A stretch of 64,000 nt of DNA from Spirochaetia bacterium (GTDB taxonomy: Bacteria > Spirochaetota > Spirochaetia > DSM-2461). The notes below the pieces were generated by a model. The model did not search any database. It was not told the origin of the DNA and saw nothing but the letters and a program-made list of their open reading frames with translations. The stretch's first letter is position 1. Each line of letters opens with the position of its first letter. Shown here in pieces: positions 38,355 through 49,137 of the stretch. The stretch spans positions 2,016,001-2,080,000 of the forward strand of contig CAXXIA010000002.1 of NCBI GenBank assembly GCA_963666985.2, written 5' to 3'. Both the position numbers and the translations under genes were made by a program.

Positions 38355-39170
38355 CTATTGCTTGAATTCCAGCCGAACCAGCCTGACCATGCTGAAAAGA
38401 TCGGAGAAGCGCATTCTGAATTTCGTATCGGAAGTCCATTCTTTATTTATGGCGATTCGTCTGTAGAACGGATAATCGGCGGCCACATGGATTTTCGGGG
38501 AGACTTTGGAAAAGAACTTGCGGGTGTTCCTTAAGGCGAAATACATTTCGGCGCCTTTATTTCCGGTTTTCTTGACGTAGTTGTTTGAAATCTTCAGTCC
38601 GACTTTCCCCACGGTATCGAAGACCATGGAAGAGTCGGGAAAGCTTTCGGCGATTTTTTTGATGAATTCGCCGACAACCTCTTCTTCAAAGTAGTAGAGA
38701 ACTCCCCCGACAATGAAGAGACATCCCTTTTGAGGGGTATAATCGATTCGGTTAATCCAGGAGTAATCGAAGCAGGACTGGGCTATGGATTGGCTCCGTT
38801 CCCGAGGGGCAATGTATTGATTTCTCAGCTCGATGATTTCCGGCAAATCCAGGTCGAACCATCGCACGGATCCGTTATCGATTCTTGAAAATGTGGTATC
38901 CAGACCTGAGCCTATGCTGATGATGACCGCTTCGGGATGCACGGAAAGATATTCCTTGATTTCCCTATCGAAATTGGCGGCCCTGACTGCGCTGGCCAGG
39001 CAATAGTACTCCTTGGATGAATCAATATGGCTGAAATCGTAGCCGACTTCATCGGCAATTCGGGTGGATTCGGCATCGTTGAGCAGGGACGGCCACTTCT
39101 TCGTTGCATAGGCCCGTCCCCACAAGGGTACAAAGAGTGTTTCCTGGATATTGCCGGCAGGTAATGTCAT
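38355..39170 (-). CDS. Class I SAM-dependent methyltransferase (LCM/TcmP-like)
   Basis: ETLFVPLWGRA, ISIGSGLDT, WFDLDLPEII, GVLYYF. Confidence 0.88.
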   Translation of the reverse strand: MTLPAGNIQETLFVPLWGRAYATKKWPSLLNDAESTRIADEVGYDFSHIDSSKEYYCLASAVRAANFDREIKEYLSVHPEAVIISIGSGLDTTFSRIDNGSVRWFDLDLPEIIELRNQYIAPRERSQSIAQSCFDYSWINRIDYTPQKGCLFIVGGVLYYFEEEVVGEFIKKIAESFPDSSMVFDTVGKVGLKISNNYVKKTGNKGAEMYFALRNTRKFFSKVSPKIHVAADYPFYRRIAINKEWTSDTKFRMRFSDLFSMVRLVRLEFKQ

Positions 39171-39200
39171 TTAATTTTGAGAGTTCCTTCGGCCGCCGGT

Positions 39201-40835
39201 CTAATATCCGTCCGAGGCGGCTCTGTTCATATCCTTTTTGTAGAGTTCGTTATAAACAAATCCCCGGTTTCTAAGAGTGTCTTTCACCGGCTGAGTGAAG
39301 GGCATTTGCCTCCAGAAAATACCTCGGACTTCCTTGTCCAGTTTCTGGACGCCGTCCACTTCTTTGGTTATCCAGAGGACATAATCCTCAAGGAATCGCA
39401 GGCGGACGTCTCCGCGGAGTTTTTTGGAGCTGAACCATTGATAGTAGTGGCCGGTCAGGCCTTCTTCCATCCAATAGTGGGCCGCTTTTTCCTTGGCGAC
39501 GTTCCAGCGTAAATCGCCGAGAGCATAAATCACGGCCAGCTTGAGGTTCTTCGGGAACATGGGAATGGCGATACGGCCGCGGCTGGTTCCTCTGTTGAAT
39601 CGTTCGAAGGGTTCCCAGCAGACTCCCTTATCTCCGTAGCAGGGAATAATAATGGTATGCGGAACGATACGATTCGTTTTCTGGCGGAAACTCCTGCGGA
39701 AGACTTCCGGATCGATTTGTTCGATTTGATCCATAAACCGGATGATGTTTTCGCGCGTTCCGATCAGATCGAGATTCGGGAAAAAGAAGTTTTTCATCAG
39801 GAAGGGAAGGTGATTCCCCTGCCTGCCGACGCACATTTTAGCCATTTGGCGGATGCCGTCGAGTTCCGCTTCGAGAACGCTTCGATCGGCTTTGCTCAAT
39901 CCGCCCATACTTTCGATTTTGTTTCCCAGTTTGCCGAGTTCGGCGTTTGCGTCTTTAAATTTTCCGATATTGTTCGAAATATCGCGGTCCATCTTGCTGA
40001 GTTTCCGCAGAACATCGTTGATTCTGCTCAACGACGCTTTCTGATCCGGTGAAAAAGCTTTTTGAATACCGGGAATGGTCGGATGGGGATCGTGCCGGGA
40101 AATGGCGGCGGCGAGGGATGAAAGTTCGTTTTCAAGTCCGCTTCTGCTTGTCATGAGTTTCTGCAGGAACGACAGATTGGCTTCCATGGATCCTTGAGCT
40201 TTATCAAGCTGAGCTTTGGCTTTGGAAGCGGCGCTGAGCTTTGATATTTTCATCTCATCCGTAGCCAGAGGGTTCACTTGACCGGCGAGGACCAGATCCA
40301 TCCATTCGTCGATGTAATGAACCGGTTCGTCCAGTTCTTTTCCGGAGACGATTTTGGAGATCATCCGTCGCTGTTCCCCGGAAACAAGCGTGGGAAGGAT
40401 GTAACCGTAGCGCAGGGCCCATCGTTTTTCCATTACCGGTCCGTGGTAATGGGCCGATAAACTGCGGGCAAGATCCCAATAGGCCGGAATGAGTCTTTGG
40501 CGGTACACGCCTTTGTCTTTTGGATCTTCCGCTTTGAGGTATTTTTGAAGAAGTGTGTGGAATCTCTGGGCGGATTCGCCTTCTCCGGTAAGAATCTTGG
40601 AATAGTAATCCTTTTCAAAAAAGACGGGATCGGAATCTTGTTCCCATTTTGCAACGGAACTGAAATTCTGTTTGGAAATGTTTTCCGTTTGAATTGTTTG
40701 ATCGTCTTTGATTACGGGAGCCGGTTCGTCGAAGAGATCCGAAAAGTCCGGGACGGATGCAGGAGACGTGTCGTCACCCAGGAGATCAGCAATCTCCGGG
40801 TCGATGTCTCCTGCAGCCACAAAATTATCCGACAT
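39201..40835 (-). CDS. Conserved hypothetical protein with central coiled coil
   Basis: Long clean ORF. The start is placed at ATG 40835 because the track's start (40889) lies inside tRNA-Ala. Confidence 0.75.
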   Translation of the reverse strand: MSDNFVAAGDIDPEIADLLGDDTSPASVPDFSDLFDEPAPVIKDDQTIQTENISKQNFSSVAKWEQDSDPVFFEKDYYSKILTGEGESAQRFHTLLQKYLKAEDPKDKGVYRQRLIPAYWDLARSLSAHYHGPVMEKRWALRYGYILPTLVSGEQRRMISKIVSGKELDEPVHYIDEWMDLVLAGQVNPLATDEMKISKLSAASKAKAQLDKAQGSMEANLSFLQKLMTSRSGLENELSSLAAAISRHDPHPTIPGIQKAFSPDQKASLSRINDVLRKLSKMDRDISNNIGKFKDANAELGKLGNKIESMGGLSKADRSVLEAELDGIRQMAKMCVGRQGNHLPFLMKNFFFPNLDLIGTRENIIRFMDQIEQIDPEVFRRSFRQKTNRIVPHTIIIPCYGDKGVCWEPFERFNRGTSRGRIAIPMFPKNLKLAVIYALGDLRWNVAKEKAAHYWMEEGLTGHYYQWFSSKKLRGDVRLRFLEDYVLWITKEVDGVQKLDKEVRGIFWRQMPFTQPVKDTLRNRGFVYNELYKKDMNRAASDGY

Positions 40836-40843
40836 ATCCGATT

Positions 40844-40917
40844 TGGAGGTGAAGGGAGTCGAACCCATGACCTCGTGAATGCCATTCACGCGCTCTAGCC
40901 AACTGAGCTACACCCCC
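40844..40917 (-). tRNA. tRNA-Ala(GGC), CCA not encoded
   Basis: GGGGGTG/CACCTCC+A acceptor with G3:U70; anticodon arm CGTGA-ATGGCAT-TCACG; GTTCGACTC T-loop. Confidence 0.95.
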
Positions 40918-40930
40918 GGATGCGAAGGCT

Positions 40931-40959
40931 ATCGTATCGACGGCCTTATGATGTGTCAA
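40931..40959 (-). promoter_or_regulatory. Sigma70 promoter of tRNA-Ala
   Basis: TTGACA-17 bp-TACGAT, 13 nt upstream of the tRNA. Confidence 0.75.
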
Positions 40960-41097
40960 CATGAAACGCCTAAAAAACGGATAAAAAACCGTTTTTAGGT
41001 TCCCGCCGAACCATGATTCAAAGACAATGGTTCTTCTTTTTATTTTGAAGAAAGTTCCAAGGGACGGTCAAGTCCGATTTCGATTATACTCCACATC

Positions 41098-42042
41098 ATG
41101 ACGGAACAACACGGCTCCGATCCTCTTATCAAGGATCTTTTGGAAGGATTTTCCCTGGTTATGAGGGGGAAAGCATCACTGATGGAGAAGGTTACCGCGG
41201 CCTTTCTCTCAGGGGGGCATGTTCTTTTGGAGGATTTGCCCGGTACGGGCAAGACGACCGTGGGACGAACTTTGGCCCATCTGGTGAAAGGGGCCGTGTT
41301 CAAGAGAATACAGTTCACGCCGGATCTTCTTCCCTACGATATTACCGGCGTGGATGTTTGGGACGAGGAGAAAAAGGATTTCGTTTTCAGACCGGGTCCT
41401 ATTTTCGCCAATATCGTTCTGGCGGACGAGATCAACAGAACCACACCCAAGGTTCAATCCGCTCTTTTGGAGGCCATGGCCGAGTTTCAGGTAACCATCG
41501 GCAACAATACGCGGCTTCTGGCGGATCCTTTTATGGTGATCGCAACGCAGAATCCCATTGAAACCGAGGGAACCTATCCTCTTCCGGAGGCACAGAAAGA
41601 CCGGTTTATGCTGCTGCTTCGGCCCGGTTATCCCGACAGGGAGTCCGAGTATTCCATCGTGCGCGACGATCCGGGCAGAACCGCGCTCCCCGGTTTGAAA
41701 TCGGTTTGTTCTTTAAAGGACTTGCGGGCGCTGAAGGAGAAGGTTCGCGAGGTGTACGTGGACGACAGGCTTCTTCGCTGTACCGTTGATCTGGCCGCCG
41801 TGCTGCGGGATCATCCCGATACTGTTTTGGGAGTTTCCACACGGGGGGCGCTGATGCTGGTTTCGGCCATGCGGTCTTTGGCGCTGATTCGCGGACGGGA
41901 TTATGTTATCGATCAGGACTTGTCCGATTTGGCCGCGGATGTTTATGCGCACCGTATCCGGCTTAGGGGCGGGAGCGCCGACGCCGTTTCTTTCGTTTCC
42001 GACATGGCCTCCAAGGAGATCCGCCGTATCCGCCATGGGTAA
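41098..42042 (+). CDS. MoxR family AAA+ ATPase
   Basis: LEDLPGTGKT, RIQFTPDLLP, LADEINRTTPKVQSALLEAM, ATQNPIETEGTYPLPEAQKDRF. Confidence 0.93.
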   Translation: MTEQHGSDPLIKDLLEGFSLVMRGKASLMEKVTAAFLSGGHVLLEDLPGTGKTTVGRTLAHLVKGAVFKRIQFTPDLLPYDITGVDVWDEEKKDFVFRPGPIFANIVLADEINRTTPKVQSALLEAMAEFQVTIGNNTRLLADPFMVIATQNPIETEGTYPLPEAQKDRFMLLLRPGYPDRESEYSIVRDDPGRTALPGLKSVCSLKDLRALKEKVREVYVDDRLLRCTVDLAAVLRDHPDTVLGVSTRGALMLVSAMRSLALIRGRDYVIDQDLSDLAADVYAHRIRLRGGSADAVSFVSDMASKEIRRIRHG

Positions 42043-44024
42043 GAGTTTTGGGCCGGGAAAGCCGCAGCCGATGGAGCCGCGGGCCGGATGGCGCGGGATT
42101 TCTCTTATCGGCCGAATCGCGGTTCGTTTGACGATGAGAAGACCGGAGAGATCCGGAGCCCGGCGGCTGATTCCGCACGATATTCGGCGGGGGGGGCGGG
42201 GGCTGATTTCACGGCGGTTTCCACAGATGTTTCGGCGGGAGTTTCAGCGGCGGGATTTGGCTCATTCCGGGCACAGCAATCCGCGACTCCGAGAGTGGAA
42301 TCCCCGCCGAAAAAGCCCGAAGAAGCCGAGAATCCGGATTCGTGTTGCGCCGCAGGCAATCGCGGCACTTTTTCTACCTCCTTTGCTGGTTTTCAGCGGA
42401 CCTGCGCGCCATGTGGCACCGGTCTTTATTCTCGGAGTGGGGCTTCCGGCTCTTGTTGTTTTATCTTTCCTGTTTTTGGTTTTATGCTTGCCGGCGTTGA
42501 TTCGTTCTTCGCGGTGTATTGATGATAACGGCGACGGCGATACCGGAGAGAGGCCGTATTGGAGTAGTCCTGAAGACGAGAACGTCTCCGATGGTTCCCC
42601 GTTTACTTCCGGGGGTGAGGCTTCAGATAGCCTGGAATCTTCGGTTTGGTCCTTTCCGGCGGGTGTTTCTCGCTCCGCTTTCAGAGCTTGGCTATTCGCA
42701 TCGGAGCGGCCGGAGTTTGAGCGGCAAAGTAGCCCGCACAGGTAAAGTGCGCGGAGGCTGGAGTGTAAGCGGATCCTCCGGCGGTGTGAGGGAAGGAGCG
42801 GCGGTTTTTCGGATTAATCGCAGAGGACTTTGGCAGGGAAGAGTCCTTCTTCGGGCTGTCGATCCGTTCGGTTTTTTTCGCGTGGATTTTCCTTTGGCCG
42901 GATCTCCCCGAATTGCTGTTCCTCCGTTTCTCACTGAGCCTCCGAATCTGCTGCCGACGGGCAGGCTTTCCGCCGATGAAAAAAGCGCGCCCAGAATCAG
43001 GGAAGACTCCGACGAGCGTCTGGAAAGACGCGGATACATCCCCGGTGACGATCCCCGGCGTATCGATTGGAAACAGTACGCCCGAACCGGCGATCTGCTT
43101 GTTCGCGTGGGGGAGGAGGCCGTGCCCGTGAGGGGGAGGGTCTGGATTTCCGTGGCTGTTTCTACCGGCCATTATTCCCGGCGTTCCGGGTATAACCGTT
43201 TGGACGGATGTCTGGAAGCGGCCTCCGCGCTGGTCCGCGGATCGCTGGAGAACGACAGGGATGTTCGGCTTCATCTGCCCGACGGCAGCACCTGGCTGGA
43301 TGCCTCCGGCAGTGACTGGGAAGCGGCCATGGCCGCCTCGGAACCTTCTCGATCGGCTCCGGTCCTCCGGCGGGGGAGGGCGCTTTTTGCCCGGAGACGA
43401 GTTTCAACAACGGTATCGGCTCCAACTGCGTGGAACACTGATGAGTCTTCCCCATCCTCCGGCAGGTGGGCACGGTCCGCCGGTTTCGAAGAACTCGGCG
43501 AACTCGAAGGGCGCAGCCAAATCGCCGCGGGAGAGTTCCCGCCTCAAGGTGAAACGCTTCTTCTCGTTATTCATCCTTCGGATTCGGCGGGCCTTGATTA
43601 TGCCGAGGCCGCCCGCTCGGCCGGGTGCCGCGTTTCACTTTTTTTTCCGGATTTTTCCTTTGCCGAAACTTCCGGCCGGAGAATGTCGGCGATCCGGGCG
43701 ACTCAGGGGAAAAAGGAGTTCCGGGAAGGCTTCTTTCGCCGGCGGGAAGGTCGGCCGAACGATCATCTTGAGTTTCGACGGAAAGCTCGGGGTGAAGGGC
43801 GGCAAAGCGGCCATCGTGAAGCTCAAGGAGAAGTCCCGGCCGGCGGATATCATCAAGACCGCCGCGGCGCTCGGTTGGCAAAGCTGCGCGATACCGGGCG
43901 TGAACCTCGATTAACTCCCCGCGCATCCCTCTCCGGCCGCCTGCAAAACGCGCTTTATCGCCGCCGAATCGAAACAGCCGTCAACACGGCACGCGGAAAA
44001 GGATTCAATGTCCATGTTCTCTAG
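42035..44024 (+). CDS. DUF58 protein; apparent +1 frameshift near 42500-42520
   Basis: DPFGFF and RGYIPGDDPRRIDWKQYARTGDLLVR in ORF 42519..44024; the N-terminal TM hairpin is in a different frame starting at ATG 42035. Confidence 0.75.
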
Positions 44025-46377
44025 CCGCATCGCCGCAGATCGGCTTACCGGAAAGCCTCCGGCCGGTGTGGTTTTCGCCCGCCGAGGCATGGCCGAACGG
44101 ATTCTGTTTCATGCCCTGGGCTGGACCCTGCTCTGCCTGTCGCTCCGGGAAGCCGTCCCGGCTGCCTGGGCCTGGACGGCCCTGCCCATCGCGGTGATTT
44201 TCGGAGTTGCGGCCGATCTGAGCGGCTTGCGCACGCTGACGGCCGCCCTGGCGCTCATCGCCGCGCCTTTGCTGATCCGCTTAGCCATCCTTGCAATCTC
44301 GGCGGCGGCCGGCTCGGACTTCATCGTGGCGCTGGATAACGGATGGGTGTTAACCGCGCCGTATTGGTATTTCACCGCGGCGGCCATGCTCTTCGTGCGC
44401 CGCCGGCCCGCGCTCGGATATGCCGAGGCCGCCGTTCTGGCCCTTTTCTGCGGCATTGTGCTGGCCCGGGACGATGATTGGAGAGCGGCCTTCTCGGCTC
44501 CGGCGACAGCCGCGATCAAGCTGGTTTGTGCCGCAGCCGTTCTTGTGCTGACCGCGCTGTGTTTTGCCGCATCGCGCCGGGGATCGGCGGCGCAAAAGGC
44601 CGGCATGGGACCGCCCCCGTTTCGCAGGCCGGATAGTTCGGATATAGCGCATTACATCATCCTGGCGGCGGCTCTGGCGCTTCTGTTTTTCGCGGGGAAT
44701 AAAATGCGCCGGGAGAGTTCCCTCAGCAGCGGCGGCGGAGTTCTCGCCAGCGATCTTTTTCATTTCGACTTCAACGACGTTCTTTCTCTGGAACCGGAGA
44801 TCAGCATGAACGGAGAGCTCACCATGCTGTACCGGGAAGACGGCCCGGCCGTTCAGCGCTATCTTCGCCGCTACACGCTTTCCGGCTGGAATCCCCAGAG
44901 AGGTTTCTTCCGGGACGGAGAGCGGGAAAAGGATTTCCCGGAGCGGGACGCCATGCCGGTGAGTCTGCCGAAGGGACCGATGGAGTGGCCTCACGCCGGT
45001 TTCGAAACCCGTGAGCAGGTCCATCAGGAATACTACCTTGTGGCTCTGGACCCCAATTCCTTCTTTGCTCTTGATTATCCGGTTTCCGTGGAGCCGTGGG
45101 TTATCTGGGACGATGCCTCGTTCGTTCGCGCGTACGCGGTGGAGTCCCGTGTTTCGATTGCGGATTTATGGGATCTCTACGGCGCGCGGACAAGCGGCAT
45201 GGCGGAGCCGGATCGGTCGTATTATCTGGAAGGAGGGGATGATCCCTACTTTATCTCTCTGGCCGAAAAGGTTGTCGGGGAGAACAAGACTCCCTGGTCC
45301 AAGGCCGCGGCGATTGAGAAATGGTTTCACAAAGAGTTCTACTATTCCCTGAAGCCGGGCCTGGCGGCCGACGGCGATCAGCTTTCCCTCTTCCTGAAGG
45401 AAACCCACCGCGGATACTGCTCTTATTTCGCGTTCGCCATGACCCGGCTCTGCCGAGCCGCGGGCATTCCCGCCCGGGTCGCCGTGGGCTTTGTGACCGA
45501 CCCGAGCGTTTCAACGCTCGGCTTTGTTCCGGTTCGGGCCGACCAGGCTCACGCCTGGGTGGAAGTCTGGCTCGACGATCATGGCTGGATAACTTTCGAT
45601 CCGACGACCGACACCATGGCTCCCGGCGAGGAATATCCCATTCAGTTCATCTCGCCGGATGAATGGCTTCCGCTGATTGAAGAAGCCCTCACTCGGCGGG
45701 GCGAAGTTTCCGTGGCCCTTGATGAAGAGGATGATACGGAGGAGAACGGCGGCTTCTGGAACAGCGTGGTTCGGCTGGTGCGGCATCGGCCCGTCCTGGC
45801 CTGGATTATCGTTATTCTGATTCCCGCGGCCCTTTATGCTCCCGGGCGAATCGTACCGGGGTTGATTTATGCCGTCGCCGCCCATTCCCGCAATTCCCGG
45901 AAACGAGTCAAAGCCCGATGGAAGATGTTTGCCCGGCGTTTGATTCGGAGCGGGAATGCACCGTTCGCCTCGGAAACCCCGGCGGATTGGGCCGCCCGTG
46001 TGTGGACTTCATTTGCTTCGGCGGGCGCGGCGAATCCGCGCACCGAAAACTCCGCCCGGGCGGCGGCGGAACTTGTGCCGGATACGAAGACGTCGACAGT
46101 TCCGAACGCCGGTCCGCACGCCGGTCCGAACGCCGATCCGCACGCCCCCGATCAAGTTCCTTCCGCCTCGCCCGGAGGCAGCGCCGGCCTGTCCGGATTC
46201 GAAGACTGGACCGCCCTGTATTTGAAGGCGGTCTTTTCCCCGGTTTTTTCAAAGCAGGATTCCGAGGTCGCCGATTCGGCCGCTGAGACCGTCCGTGCAT
46301 CCTGGAAAAAACAGCCGCGATCGGTGCGGCTTCGTTCCGCTCTCGGACTCGGATGGCTGGGAGGTCTGCCGTGGTAG
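44008..46377 (+). CDS. Membrane transglutaminase-like domain protein
   Basis: Multiple TMs; GYCSYFA, GIPARVAVGF, HAWVEVW, GWITFDPT (Cys-His-Asp). Confidence 0.9.
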   Translation: MSMFSSRIAADRLTGKPPAGVVFARRGMAERILFHALGWTLLCLSLREAVPAAWAWTALPIAVIFGVAADLSGLRTLTAALALIAAPLLIRLAILAISAAAGSDFIVALDNGWVLTAPYWYFTAAAMLFVRRRPALGYAEAAVLALFCGIVLARDDDWRAAFSAPATAAIKLVCAAAVLVLTALCFAASRRGSAAQKAGMGPPPFRRPDSSDIAHYIILAAALALLFFAGNKMRRESSLSSGGGVLASDLFHFDFNDVLSLEPEISMNGELTMLYREDGPAVQRYLRRYTLSGWNPQRGFFRDGEREKDFPERDAMPVSLPKGPMEWPHAGFETREQVHQEYYLVALDPNSFFALDYPVSVEPWVIWDDASFVRAYAVESRVSIADLWDLYGARTSGMAEPDRSYYLEGGDDPYFISLAEKVVGENKTPWSKAAAIEKWFHKEFYYSLKPGLAADGDQLSLFLKETHRGYCSYFAFAMTRLCRAAGIPARVAVGFVTDPSVSTLGFVPVRADQAHAWVEVWLDDHGWITFDPTTDTMAPGEEYPIQFISPDEWLPLIEEALTRRGEVSVALDEEDDTEENGGFWNSVVRLVRHRPVLAWIIVILIPAALYAPGRIVPGLIYAVAAHSRNSRKRVKARWKMFARRLIRSGNAPFASETPADWAARVWTSFASAGAANPRTENSARAAAELVPDTKTSTVPNAGPHAGPNADPHAPDQVPSASPGGSAGLSGFEDWTALYLKAVFSPVFSKQDSEVADSAAETVRASWKKQPRSVRLRSALGLGWLGGLPW
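46101..46148 (+). repeat. 4 x 12-bp in-frame tandem repeat within the transglutaminase gene
   Basis: TCCGAACGCCGG/TCCGCACGCCGG/TCCGAACGCCGA/TCCGCACGCCCC encoding PNAG-PHAG-PNAD-PHAP. Confidence 0.8.
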
Positions 46378-46379
46378 GG

Positions 46380-48332
46380 ATGCGATTTCGCCAAACTGCC
46401 AACCGGCCGAATAACCGATGCCATGCAGCCGGTCGGCCGGCAATACGCGCAGCAGCAATCTCCTTCTTCCATCGCTCGTCCATATTCCTTTCGACACGGC
46501 GCGCAGCATCAGCAGCCCTTTTCCTCGCGATCTTCCTCGTCATCTCCCCCCAGCCGTGCCACCCGGAAAATGCCGAAACTCCGGATGAACTCCTGGCGCA
46601 AGTGGACGCGGCCGTTGACGAGGAAAGTTACACCCGCGCCATCGCCCTTCTTGAACAGGGAAAAGAACTCTGGCCGGGAGATTTCAGAATCCCGATGCGC
46701 GCCGGAGATCTTTACAAAAGAAGGGAACTTTACAGACTCGCCCTCGCCGAATTCCAGGCGGCCGAATCCCTCTCCCCCGGCGATACCGAAATCCTCTACG
46801 AAATCGCCGAAACACACGGATATCTCGGCAATAACACCATTGCGGTGGAAACGCTGGAACAAATTCTCGACACCGCCGTGGGCGAGAATTTCAGGATTCA
46901 GATTATTTCGGACTTGAGCTGGATGTATTTCAAAACCTACCGGATGCAGGAAGGAATCGACCTGCTCGAATCCACCTTGTCCGAAGGCTTCGACAGAAAT
47001 CTTGCCCACACACTCGGAACACTGTATTCGGGCGTTTACAATCGGGAAAAATCCCGGGAATGGTATGAACTCTCCATCGAAGACGCCCTCTCTTACGGCG
47101 ATGACTACTTTGCCTCGGTGGCCTATTACAACCTGGCCCTGTTGGAATTCGCATCGTACCGGTTCGACCGGGCGCGCGCGGAAGCCCTGAACTCTCTGGA
47201 TCTCCGTTCCCGCGCCGGAGGAAACATGGTTATCGGGGAACTCGACATGATGGCCTGGCACCTTTCCGATGCTTTGGAATCCTATAAAACCGCCGAGTCT
47301 CTGGACCACACGCCGCTCACCCGCGTGGACATGGCCGTGTTCTATCAGCGCATCGGCCGACTGGATGAAGCCCTAAGGATTGTTCAAAAAATCATCGACA
47401 ACCCGGATGCGAGCTGGATGTATCACTTCGGCGTCGACAAAGTGCGCTTCGGCATGGACATCTCGGAAATTCTTGCCGACTGCTGGGCCGGCAAAGCGGA
47501 AACGGAAAAGCTGACACCCCGCGCCGGATTCATCAATCGATGCAAAAGTCTGCGCAGCAGAATCGTCTGGAGGGCAAAGGCCCGTTATCACGAGAGAACA
47601 TACAAAAAACTGGGCAAAGAGTACGCCGAAGATCTGGAACGCAAAGGCAACCATCTGGATGCCTCCTGGAATTCCTATCAGGCCGCCGAAGGCTACCCGA
47701 GAATCGCCCTGGTTCGCCTGGAAAAAGCTCGCGAGCTTGAAACCGCCATCATGGAAGCCGCCGTTCCCTGGTACGATCTGGAAGACGGATGGACATCCAA
47801 AGATCCCCAGTCTCTTCTGAAAGCCATCGACGCCTTTGGAGCTGATGAACAAAATCCCCGGGAAAGAGCTCTGCGAGGTTTATCCGGGGGCATAGGACGA
47901 GTGACCCCCGAAGCCATTCGGGATGAATCCCTCTCCGTTCTCTACCAAATGAATCCCGGCGGCCTGAGGCAGTACGGCCTTTCCCTTCCCATTGAACTCA
48001 CCGTTACCGGTCCCGGCCGCTCCTCCCTCCGGCGGAAAACAAGGATTCTGCTTCACCGCTCAAACCATTCCGTACACCGGCCGGGAGAGGGCGGCCCCGC
48101 GGCAGCGGCGCTGACCGTCTCCTCCGCGGACGATGGTGAGTGCACCTGGTACATCGCCGGCCCGGACGGACGAACCAGAACCACCGCGAAGAGCGGCAAT
48201 ACCGTCCGCAGGAAAGAAACCGCATCCATTCTTACCGAGCTGTTGAACGGCCTTTATCTTACCCCCGTGGTTCTCACCGGCGGCGGGGATAGCCGTGAAA
48301 GCGGCGCGGCTTCCGCAGGAACCGAGCCGTGA
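46380..48332 (+). CDS. Exported tetratricopeptide-repeat protein
   Basis: Hydrophobic signal ALFLAIFLVIS; TPR-like helices (AGDLY...ALAEFQAAESLSP, LGTLY, AYYNLALL). Start uncertain. Confidence 0.7.
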   Translation: MRFRQTANRPNNRCHAAGRPAIRAAAISFFHRSSIFLSTRRAASAALFLAIFLVISPQPCHPENAETPDELLAQVDAAVDEESYTRAIALLEQGKELWPGDFRIPMRAGDLYKRRELYRLALAEFQAAESLSPGDTEILYEIAETHGYLGNNTIAVETLEQILDTAVGENFRIQIISDLSWMYFKTYRMQEGIDLLESTLSEGFDRNLAHTLGTLYSGVYNREKSREWYELSIEDALSYGDDYFASVAYYNLALLEFASYRFDRARAEALNSLDLRSRAGGNMVIGELDMMAWHLSDALESYKTAESLDHTPLTRVDMAVFYQRIGRLDEALRIVQKIIDNPDASWMYHFGVDKVRFGMDISEILADCWAGKAETEKLTPRAGFINRCKSLRSRIVWRAKARYHERTYKKLGKEYAEDLERKGNHLDASWNSYQAAEGYPRIALVRLEKARELETAIMEAAVPWYDLEDGWTSKDPQSLLKAIDAFGADEQNPRERALRGLSGGIGRVTPEAIRDESLSVLYQMNPGGLRQYGLSLPIELTVTGPGRSSLRRKTRILLHRSNHSVHRPGEGGPAAAALTVSSADDGECTWYIAGPDGRTRTTAKSGNTVRRKETASILTELLNGLYLTPVVLTGGGDSRESGAASAGTEP

Positions 48333-49049
48333 GATTCCTCTCGGATCTGCGCACGGCGGATCCTGTCGACTGCCCCTACCTGCCGAATCGTTCGTTCATC
48401 CAGGAATACTTCTTTGCCGATTCTCTCTCGCATCGGGAATTCTCAAGGCTGCTCGCGGCCGGATGGCGCCGATTCGGAAATTTCTTTTTCCGCCCGAATT
48501 GCCCCGGATGCGTGCGGTGCATTCCCATCAGGGTCGATGTCCGCTCATTGAGTCCCACGCGAAGCCAGCGCCGCATCATCACCAGAGGCCGGGATGTCCG
48601 CATGGAGGCGGTTGAACCGCGGCCCTCGGACGAAGCCTGGCTGGTCTATTCGGAACATTCTTTGAGTCAGTTCGGCAAGGGCACCGACAGGGAAGACTTT
48701 GAACGCACCTTCTTCGATAAAGCCGTTCCCGCTTTTCAGACCGAGTACCGCCTGGATGGAAATTTGATCGCATTGGGATTTCTGGATGCCGGGGATGAGG
48801 GCATGAGCAGCGCCTACTTTTCCTTCAGAGCCGGAATGGTCGAAACTCTCGCTCGGTTCACTCAGCGTGTTCCGGGAGTCGGCCTTTGTTCTGGAGAACG
48901 GCGGACAATGGTACTATTTGGGTTATTGGGTTCCCGGATGTCCGTCCATGGAATACAAAGCCCGCTTTGGCCCCCATCAGCTGCTGGATTACGGAACGGG
49001 AGAGTGGATTCCTCCGGAGGATTATTTCATCGAATCGCTTGAGAACTAA
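48329..49049 (+). CDS. bpt: Arginyl/leucyl-tRNA-protein transferase (Ate1-like, Bpt); single extra base near 48827
   Basis: CPYLP, GWRRFG..FFRPNCPGCVRCIPIRV, SQRR, SSAYFSF; the C-terminus YYLGYWVPGCPSMEYKARF is in the +1 frame. Confidence 0.8.
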
Positions 49050-49137
49050 TCCCTGTTTCGGGGGAACAAGATGCCGAAAGAGGAGAGGACTATACTGAAC
49101 AAGGAAACCCGCAGCCGGTTTTCCCCGGGAGATTCAT

